Shown piece by piece: positions 8,643 to 15,576 of a stretch of DNA of 20,000 nucleotides. A program made the translations under genes and the position numbers. The notes under the pieces were generated by a model, which saw only the letters and a program-made list of their open reading frames with translations, had not been told where the DNA came from and searched no databases. The first letter of the stretch is position 1; each line of letters opens with the position of its first letter. Origin of the DNA: an uncultured virus (IMG/VR IMGVR_UViG_3300005405_000309) (taxonomy: Duplodnaviria; Heunggongvirae; Uroviricota; Caudoviricetes); the IMG/VR virus record IMGVR_UViG_3300005405_000309, one strand, 5' to 3'.

Positions 8643-9455
8643 TTAATTCTCTTGAGCAAAAAAGTCATTCAGCGCAGCCTGGGTTGAGCGGTCTTCTACT
8701 TTAAAAAGACGCAATGCTTGTATCGATACTGGATGAATCTTAAAAGTCGGTAAACCGGTCGATTTATTAACACTGTTTTGTATGCTAATTACAAAGTAGC
8801 TTACGCTTCCTTCTTTACTCGTCGTTTTAAATAATGCAGAAGTTACAGTAAGTGTATAGGGGGTACCAGTTTTCGAGGTTTCTGAGCGGGTAGTCGTCGG
8901 CCATAATAAACCAATACGTTCGATTTTACTAAAAGAATCAAGTTCCCTTATAATGTTAACGATAGATTGATGTAGTCCACCTAAATTCGTGTAGTTACCG
9001 CCTCCAACCCAATTCGATTGAACCTCGTTATTAGCTGAGAGATCAACGCCACTACGTATTGGATTATTTAATACGGTATGCCCTGCACTTGTAATAAGAT
9101 CTAAGGAGCTGGCAACAGCCACACCTTCCGGTGAATTTGTATAATATGTCATAAACTCCCTTGAATGATCAAGCACTTTCCCACTTGGATCAATCGCAAT
9201 CTCCTTAGGTGTATGATCAATATTAGCAACCGTTGGGGCAACATCAACCCACTCAGCCTCCAAAGTCTCAGCAGTACCAGCCTGGTTCTCCTCACTGACT
9301 GTCTGACTAGGCGAAGTCTCTGGAGGCAATTCAGATTTGTTTTTTCCTGTAAGAAGTACAACTGCGCTTCCAATTCCCACTAAAATGATCACGCCCAATA
9401 ACGAGACCATAATATTTTTCCAGCGTAGTCTTTTAATTATATTTAGCAAAGTCAC
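8643..9455 (-). CDS. Bitopic membrane protein of the conjugation cluster (possible VirB8-like role)
   Basis: Basic N-terminus, one TM (IMVSLLGVIILVGIGSAVVLL), E/S/T-rich linker and globular domain. Overlaps the end of virB4. Function inferred from position only. Confidence 0.55.
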   Translation of the reverse strand: MTLLNIIKRLRWKNIMVSLLGVIILVGIGSAVVLLTGKNKSELPPETSPSQTVSEENQAGTAETLEAEWVDVAPTVANIDHTPKEIAIDPSGKVLDHSREFMTYYTNSPEGVAVASSLDLITSAGHTVLNNPIRSGVDLSANNEVQSNWVGGGNYTNLGGLHQSIVNIIRELDSFSKIERIGLLWPTTTRSETSKTGTPYTLTVTSALFKTTSKEGSVSYFVISIQNSVNKSTGLPTFKIHPVSIQALRLFKVEDRSTQAALNDFFAQEN

Positions 9456-11451
9456 CCACCTCTTCTACCGCTTCTTCATCTAAATGTTGTTTGCTTGAAT
9501 AGACCCAATTTTCCTCCAACTGAGTCGGTTCTACTTTAAAACCAAAGTACTTGTCTTTGACTTTCATAATACCTTCACCACGCGCCGATTCTCTGATCTG
9601 CTTTAAGACACTTTCCGAAAACGAGAACGCTGCCTGTAACGCCTCACACTCTGCATCAGAGTTCGCCAGGAAAAACATGGTATCACTGTTCTGAAAGATG
9701 GACATACCTTGCTCATGACGAGTAAAAATCTGGAAGTCTTGAGATAGGATAAATATACCCTTATTGAAATGTCGTGAAGTTCGATAAAGTAATTCTAAAA
9801 AGCTCATAGTGATTGGTGCCGCTTTTGACCTAGTGAAGAGCCATGCCTCATCTATCACCACAAGTCCGGGTTCGTCAGGATCCTTCTTTACAAAGTTTTC
9901 TTCGATCCAAGCTAATGCTAAAAACATCCCCGGCACTCTGGCAGCTGCATCTAATCGCTTTGTTACAAAATTATAGTGCGTGCGACTATCTAGTTCTACA
10001 TTCGTCCATTGGTCGAAAAAACCCATCGATGGATTCGTATGGAGAAAGCGCTTCATGATCGTCGTTAAACGTCCCATTTTTTCTCCCATTTGAGAAATCT
10101 CAGCATGGAAATCCCTGAGTCTTGGCATTTTCTTTTTGACTTTCCCGTACGTGGCATTCCCTATATTGTCAACCGTTCTCATCTCTTCATAAAGCGATTC
10201 TGGATCTTCTGTGAAATTAAAGGGATCTCCCATATATACGTTTTTCCACGCCTCATCACAAAGAGATTCTTCCTCAGCTGTAAGTTCTCCACACATAATC
10301 GACGTAAGTATGGTCATCGAAGAAATCTTATTCCCGATATTAACGACCCATTCACCGGTCTCGCGTACATACTCTGGTGCTATATCGCAGGGATTCAAGG
10401 AACTCTCAGCCCCCGGACCCAAGTCAACATTTACCCCACCAAGGGCATCAACCATAGTAACAAACTCACCCATTGGATCCACTGTCGCCATACGCACCCC
10501 GTTATACCGTTTCCCAACCCCTGCAAACTGAATACGACCGCCCAACGTTTTAATAAGTGTACTTTTTCCTTTACCCGAGCCTGCAAAAATCGCACCATTG
10601 TGGTTATCTAATGACGGATCAAAAGGAGTATAATTTAGAAATTTACCCGTATGTACATTAATCGCAAAGGGAACACCAAAGCGATGTTTGAGATCCGCTA
10701 CTTGAAAGAGGAAGATCGTTGAAAGTGCGAACGAATCAAAGCCGTGCGAAACGTCTCCACATAAATTAATTCCCATTGGTGTAGTGCTTAAGAACCCCTC
10801 ATCCATTCGCCCCTCAGCCATCTTAGTGTAAATACTCCGATTGGACATCTTTTGTTCCAACAGAGCGCAATCTGTCTCTAACTCTTTTAGATCCGGATTG
10901 TAGAGATTTGCTAACGTCGTAACGTTGTAAAAGCGGCTCCGATTAGTGGCCACCAAATTTCGGATGCCCCAGGCATCCGTTAGTGCGGTGTTAATTTCCT
11001 GAACTAGAGAGAGATCCCCTGATTTCCGACTAAAATCTGCTTCTGTTTCCAATCGAGTTGCAATCTCTGTAAGTTCGTCGAGTGAAGCTCTGTCCTGATA
11101 GGGTTTTACATGGATTGCGAAATCAATATCCCCAGGATGTTCTAAGAAAGCATTAAGCCACCCTATTTCTACACCTTTAGGGTAACCCGTGACGAGCATC
11201 GTTTTGACATAATTATTACCTATCCTAAAGTACTCGGAGTTGGAGCGATCAACACTGTTGGCAATATAATCAACAAGCCTTAATACTCCATGAGTAATTT
11301 TGTTTTTTGAAGTATCATTTACTTTTTTGGGTTTAAAGAACTTCGAAAAAATGTTGGGTTTCTTCGTCTTTATCAGTGCCCCCGTCTCTTCTTGGGTATT
11401 GATAACATCCGCTATATTGGGAGGAGGCGGAACTCTTCTCTTTTCCTTCAC
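9433..11451 (-). CDS. virB4: VirB4/TrsE-like conjugation ATPase
   Basis: Walker A AGSGKGKST, motif VDPMGEF, LNPCDI, Walker B VVIDEAW, SRHFNKGIFILSQ. GTGA coupling to the upstream gene. Confidence 0.92.
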   Translation of the reverse strand: MKEKRRVPPPPNIADVINTQEETGALIKTKKPNIFSKFFKPKKVNDTSKNKITHGVLRLVDYIANSVDRSNSEYFRIGNNYVKTMLVTGYPKGVEIGWLNAFLEHPGDIDFAIHVKPYQDRASLDELTEIATRLETEADFSRKSGDLSLVQEINTALTDAWGIRNLVATNRSRFYNVTTLANLYNPDLKELETDCALLEQKMSNRSIYTKMAEGRMDEGFLSTTPMGINLCGDVSHGFDSFALSTIFLFQVADLKHRFGVPFAINVHTGKFLNYTPFDPSLDNHNGAIFAGSGKGKSTLIKTLGGRIQFAGVGKRYNGVRMATVDPMGEFVTMVDALGGVNVDLGPGAESSLNPCDIAPEYVRETGEWVVNIGNKISSMTILTSIMCGELTAEEESLCDEAWKNVYMGDPFNFTEDPESLYEEMRTVDNIGNATYGKVKKKMPRLRDFHAEISQMGEKMGRLTTIMKRFLHTNPSMGFFDQWTNVELDSRTHYNFVTKRLDAAARVPGMFLALAWIEENFVKKDPDEPGLVVIDEAWLFTRSKAAPITMSFLELLYRTSRHFNKGIFILSQDFQIFTRHEQGMSIFQNSDTMFFLANSDAECEALQAAFSFSESVLKQIRESARGEGIMKVKDKYFGFKVEPTQLEENWVYSSKQHLDEEAVEEVGDFAKYN

Positions 11452-12257
11452 GCACCTGCCAACTCCTCTGCATAATTTAATGATTGTGGGTCAATGTTTT
11501 CCGATCCCTTTTCAGTCGTATATAACCCAAACAAACCAGCCTTTGTAGCTTGTTTAATACTGACAGAATTACTGTCTCGATTGAACGCAAAGTGCATAAG
11601 ATCAGTCAATTCATCTGTATTAAGTCGATATGCCTTTAGCTCAGCACGTCCGAAGGCTTCAATCATTGAGAGAGCACGAGTATTTAATTCCGTTAATGCT
11701 TGTTGGTAAATAATTTCTTCGCTATAACCTTTCACATTGTCGATCTCATCGTAATTAATCACGAAATAATATCCAGGTTCGATAGGTGCCCTACGGATTG
11801 TTTCAATCGTAACGTATCTTGCCAAATCCGCACCATAATATGCCATACGCGAAAGACCGTCTTTTTCATGGCGCTCCGCCATCCTTTGGATGCGCTCAGC
11901 CATTAGAGAAGGGTCATTTCTTAAACTGGCAACATAAAACATAAATCCATAACGCACCCCAAAAAGAGCTCGCCTAAATCGTTCTTTAATACTTTTCTTT
12001 TCATTAAAGGAATACATTGGCCAATTAAGCGGATCAACCCAAAGCACAGCGCGGAAACGTTGCGAATCCACCTTGATAACATTATCTAAAATGTCTTCAA
12101 AGATGGTAAAGTCTTGACCGGTTTCTGCTTTTAGTACTTTATCACGCGGACTTTGTGACCTATTCTCTTTAGGCCCCCCTTGTCCTAATGACCGTTTGTA
12201 AAAGAAAAAACCCATGACAACAGCAAAAAGGAGAAATAATAAATCACCCATACTCAC
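11448..12257 (-). CDS. Conjugation accessory protein (N-terminal TM; TrsD/TraD-like) immediately upstream of VirB4
   Basis: N-terminal TM. Motifs AVLWVDPLN...EKKSI..RF and AYRLNTDEL..LMHFAFN resemble proteins encoded just before VirB4 in Gram-positive T4SS. Confidence 0.6.
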   Translation of the reverse strand: MSMGDLLFLLFAVVMGFFFYKRSLGQGGPKENRSQSPRDKVLKAETGQDFTIFEDILDNVIKVDSQRFRAVLWVDPLNWPMYSFNEKKSIKERFRRALFGVRYGFMFYVASLRNDPSLMAERIQRMAERHEKDGLSRMAYYGADLARYVTIETIRRAPIEPGYYFVINYDEIDNVKGYSEEIIYQQALTELNTRALSMIEAFGRAELKAYRLNTDELTDLMHFAFNRDSNSVSIKQATKAGLFGLYTTEKGSENIDPQSLNYAEELAGA

Positions 12258-12261
12258 TCAC

Positions 12262-12660
12262 CTACTTTATAATCCTATACGGCAATATTGGCTTTTTGCC
12301 GCTATTGACAAATTTGAACCATAGGTACCCATCAATCGTCATATTCACATCATAAGGATCAAGATTCGCTTTTGGTTTTGGATTATCGAAAAAAGTAACC
12401 TTATAAGCCGGAACGAAGGCAAAGATTGCACCGATGATAACCCATATTAAACCAATCACAGCGCAAATTCCCACCCCTACTAAATGAGCATTAGGAATTT
12501 TTACGAGCTTCAAGATAGAAGCGACGGGAATTTGAAAGGAAAGCCAGACCAAGATGACGACAATGAGTAAAATAATTCCCTGTCGCTTCGTGGCCTTCCC
12601 GCCGATGATTTTTTCATCATGTTTAAGCTCTAATTGAAGAGGATGCATCCAATCGTCCAT
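12262..12660 (-). CDS. prgI: PrgI-family (VirB3-like) protein
   Basis: EKIIGGKATKRQ motif followed by two TM helices and an aromatic/basic tail. RBS AAGGAAGGA. Confidence 0.75.
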   Translation of the reverse strand: MDDWMHPLQLELKHDEKIIGGKATKRQGIILLIVVILVWLSFQIPVASILKLVKIPNAHLVGVGICAVIGLIWVIIGAIFAFVPAYKVTFFDNPKPKANLDPYDVNMTIDGYLWFKFVNSGKKPILPYRIIK

Positions 12661-12750
12661 ATGTGTTCCTTCCTTGTATTAAAGACTTATAAAATAGTCG
12701 CTGTTCACAATGAAGCTTATTGGTCCTAAAACTTTAAATATTTTTTATAA

Positions 12751-13155
12751 TTAGGGAGTACCAGAGATCGTGCCTCCGACACCTTTAAGAACGCCCATGA
12801 GATAAGGAGCCATAAAAAAGAGAAGTACTGAAATACCAACCCAGAGAAGCCCTTCCACCGCGAGCGCACGTTTGGTAGCATTTTTAGCATGAGCACTTAC
12901 GGAAAAAGTGTGATAGTACCCAAAACCCAATAGGATCGTTCCACCAATATAACGGAAGAAGTTGACGAAAATGGCAACGCCCCCACCCAAGCTTGTCAAA
13001 GATGCGGTTGTGGGATCTGCAAGGACCGCTGTACTATCTGACCCTACCGCTAATACGAGACCATTTTGCATCAGCACAAATAATATAGTTATGGCAAATA
13101 TCATGGAGTTTCGTTTTGTCCCGTTAGGTAAAGCATTGAAGATTTGGTTAATCAA
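12751..13155 (-). CDS. VirB2/TrbC-like pilin
   Basis: TTG start with RBS AAAGGA. Signal-like N-terminus (..LVLA), two hydrophobic helices separated by a KR loop. First structural gene of the T4SS cluster. Confidence 0.7.
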   Translation of the reverse strand: MINQIFNALPNGTKRNSMIFAITILFVLMQNGLVLAVGSDSTAVLADPTTASLTSLGGGVAIFVNFFRYIGGTILLGFGYYHTFSVSAHAKNATKRALAVEGLLWVGISVLLFFMAPYLMGVLKGVGGTISGTP

Positions 13156-13237
13156 GATAGACCATTCCTTTCTTATAAGCCGAATAAAACTTCCTTCGTT
13201 TAAGAATTATATGCTTTCTAATTCCCCCTTTCTGGAA

Positions 13238-13288
13238 GCACAAAAGCCGATAAACCTTCTCCATCAGAATGAAAAGGTTTATCGGCTT
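13238..13288 (-). terminator. Intrinsic terminator between the leader gene and the pilin gene
   Basis: Perfect 15-bp stem AAGCCGATAAACCTT/AAGGTTTATCGGCTT (13244-13258 / 13274-13288), followed on the minus strand by TTGTGCTT. Confidence 0.72.
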
Positions 13289-13341
13289 CCGTCTACCGCG
13301 GTATCGCCGCAAATTTTTAACTTTTAATTAGTTTACAATCT

Positions 13342-13812
13342 TTATATGTTAACGTCAATATCAAGCCAAGCTTGTGATAAAGCTGGTTTACACTCATAAC
13401 AATTCTCACCATTATGTGCACACAGTGAACAATACATTTTATCCATACCGGTCGTTCGACTATATTCCAACCCGAGCAATTCCCTCCCGACGAATTTAAT
13501 GGTTATCTTTCCCCAAAAGCCAATGTGATCAAGGGCATTTTGAATAATTACAATTAACTCTTGCAATTGGATTTTCATGCCTTTTTTTTCTTCTTCATTA
13601 GAATTTACGAACGTATTACAAGCATTCGTTGAAATAATCCCATCTTGTATGGCTAATCGAAAAACTGTAATTATTACGGATTCTGACTGAGGCAGTTCTG
13701 TTAATATTGAATACGCCAAAAGCCTAGCATCTGGTTTAGCAATGGGTTTTCTTTGATTATGGTTTTGTTTTGAAGCGGGTTTTGAGTCTCTCACTCTTTC
13801 TTGTTGTCGCAT
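13342..13812 (-). CDS. Leader protein of the transfer operon; YezD/DUF2292-like C-terminal motif plus CxxC-x6-CxxC; candidate antiterminator/regulator
   Basis: Start moved to ATG 13812 (RBS GAGGGGT). Contains QNALDHIGFWGKITIKFVGRELLGLEYSRT and CSLCAHNGENCYEC. Confidence 0.55.
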   Translation of the reverse strand: MRQQERVRDSKPASKQNHNQRKPIAKPDARLLAYSILTELPQSESVIITVFRLAIQDGIISTNACNTFVNSNEEEKKGMKIQLQELIVIIQNALDHIGFWGKITIKFVGRELLGLEYSRTTGMDKMYCSLCAHNGENCYECKPALSQAWLDIDVNI

Positions 13813-14117
13813 CTGTACACCCCTCATTGTCATTTTATATACCAGAATCTAATATCTACATGGTTGCCGGTGAATAACGGGAAGAAAATAATCGAAAAAT
13901 AATATTTAAAGGATATTCAATGTATATATAAATGTTATAGCTTATATCTTCATGTTTAACAGCGGAAATTAAATTAACTTGTAAAATTATATTCATATTG
14001 TATTTGTTTGCATGAAAAAATTCAAGACTAAGCCAAAAAAATCAAATTCTTTAAATAAACTCTATAAAGTTACATATTTTTTATCTATTCGACAATGATT
14101 GACAACCAACATTATAA

Positions 14118-14167
14118 TTGATAATTAAAATTTAAATTACATATTATATTTAAATTTTAATTATCAA
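14118..14167. repeat. Perfect 20-bp inverted repeat with 10-nt spacer
   Basis: TTGATAATTAAAATTTAAAT-TACATATTAT-ATTTAAATTTTAATTATCAA. Confidence 0.85.
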
Positions 14168-14324
14168 GGAAAATAATAATGTTTTATTTAATTAAATGTT
14201 TATTTTGTCTCATAATGTCTTAATTTTGTTCTATTAAACATAAATTAAACTTCTACTATAAGAAAAAAAGCAATACTGCGAAAATGTATAATGCTATATA
14301 TAAATTGTTTTGTTAATTTGTAAT

Positions 14325-14352
14325 ATTCATTAGGACTAATGGCCTAATGAAT
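14325..14352. repeat. 10-bp inverted repeat with 8-nt spacer
   Basis: ATTCATTAGG-ACTAATGG-CCTAATGAAT. Confidence 0.6.
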
Positions 14353-14509
14353 TGTGCTTCTTTAGCTTGAATTGTCCCATTTAATCACACATTTCAATAG
14401 GACCAACGTCTTATAAGCCTATCTCTTATTAAGAATTCCATTCACGTGTTTTGTCTTTGCTATAAAACTTAATCTTTATCAAATAATCTATGACCGCTAA
14501 TTTTGAACG

Positions 14510-14560
14510 GAGGAGGGGAGAGGGCCTATTAAATTAGATGCCCTAACCCCCCTTCTTTTC
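14510..14560. terminator. GC-rich hairpin after the DUF4258 gene; the U-rich tail is on the + strand
   Basis: GGGGAGAGGGCCTA...TAGATGCCCTAACCCCC followed by TTCTTTTC. Confidence 0.45.
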
Positions 14561-14565
14561 AAGAT

Positions 14566-14976
14566 TTAACTCTGCCCTTTCCGTTTAGTTGGGGTTATCC
14601 ATCGCGATGGTTCCGGTTCATAAGCTGTAACTACATCCAGCCAGTAGCTACTCGTTTCGTTGTCAATAGAAAATGGCCAAACAGAAAAAACAATATGAAT
14701 CGGTCGTCTCTTGAACGTATAACCATTTACCAATAATCGGATCGGGTTGTGCTTTTTTAGTATTTCAATGATCTCACATGATTGAAGTGCCTCATCGATT
14801 TCTCGAATATCTATATTGCGTTTTTTTAACCTGTTCCAAAAATAAGGATTAGACAGCCTTATAGAGGGTGTATAAACATTTTTTCGAATCCATTGGGCTG
14901 AGGGAGTTTTTATCTCACGACTGCTCTGTAGCACGTTTTGTCTTTTCCTCGATTGTTCACCCCTTGATGTCTTCAA
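14566..14976 (-). CDS. DUF4258-family protein (RelE/BrnT-like toxin fold)
   Basis: RLKKRNI...IDEAL...EIIE...LLVNG...RPIHIV...VVTAYEPEPSRW...KRK matches the DUF4258 pattern. TTGA overlap with the upstream stop. Confidence 0.72.
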   Translation of the reverse strand: MKTSRGEQSRKRQNVLQSSREIKTPSAQWIRKNVYTPSIRLSNPYFWNRLKKRNIDIREIDEALQSCEIIEILKKHNPIRLLVNGYTFKRRPIHIVFSVWPFSIDNETSSYWLDVVTAYEPEPSRWITPTKRKGQS

Positions 14977-15566
14977 ATCGCCTCACACTCCTCTATGCAT
15001 TTTTTAGGTCTAATCCGCTTCTTGCCTAAAATATCTAAATTATTAACAATTAGTTTGCTGCCATTAATTTTTCCAACAACATAAATAATGTCGCCCAATT
15101 TTACTGGATAGACAGCATATTTATCAGCAAATAGAATGAACTCCGCCGTCCCTGAGGGATCATTAAGATATCCCGATAGCATTGCTCCCGAACGAGTTTC
15201 GGTGACATTTGCGTTTACAACCACTCCAGCAACTCGACAAAATGAGTCCGAAGCGTATACAACATTTTTTAGAGCATGACTTACGTGACCACTTAATTGT
15301 GTCGCATATTTATCAAGCACATGAGTCCGACGACTCTCTCTGCAATCCTCGTAAGGTAGACTTATGTTTGTTTCAACCAATTCCTTCGGAAACTCCGGAT
15401 TATCAAATGTTAACGCCAATTTTTCAGTTCCATCACTTATTTTGTATTCCAACGCCGGATTTCGAACGGGCGGTTTTGGCATTCGTGGAGAAATTGTCAT
15501 TAATGAGATACCTGGTAATAGGAGAAAACTAATAAAAGCTAGCCCTCCCGCAATAATTAATGCCAT
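14973..15566 (-). CDS. Membrane-anchored OB-fold nucleic-acid-binding protein (DnaE C-terminal OB-like)
   Basis: Hydrophobic N-terminus MALIIAGGLAFISFLLLPGI. HVLDKY...RVAGVV...TRSGAM...LNDPSGTAEFILFADKY...IIYVVGKI...LIVNNL resembles the DnaE OB domain. Alternative GTG start at 15587. Confidence 0.65.
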   Translation of the reverse strand: MALIIAGGLAFISFLLLPGISLMTISPRMPKPPVRNPALEYKISDGTEKLALTFDNPEFPKELVETNISLPYEDCRESRRTHVLDKYATQLSGHVSHALKNVVYASDSFCRVAGVVVNANVTETRSGAMLSGYLNDPSGTAEFILFADKYAVYPVKLGDIIYVVGKINGSKLIVNNLDILGKKRIRPKKCIEECEAI

Positions 15567-15576
15567 AGTCTTTTCC

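Larger units (their letters stand above)
4004..13812 (-). mobile_element. Gram-positive conjugation (T4SS mating-pair formation) module of an ICE or plasmid
   Basis: Co-oriented, tightly spaced pilin, PrgI, VirB4, VirB6-like and SLT/M23 genes. Confidence 0.88.
13834..14505. promoter_or_regulatory. Very AT-rich non-coding control region upstream of the transfer operon
   Basis: No ORF, visibly far more AT-rich than the flanks, contains inverted repeats at 14118-14167 and 14325-14352. Confidence 0.6.

Noticed and set aside
3390..9373. Short alternative-frame minus ORFs 3390..3677, 3915..4103, 7282..7575 and 9149..9373
   Set aside because: They lie within or overlap longer motif-bearing CDSs and have no independent support.
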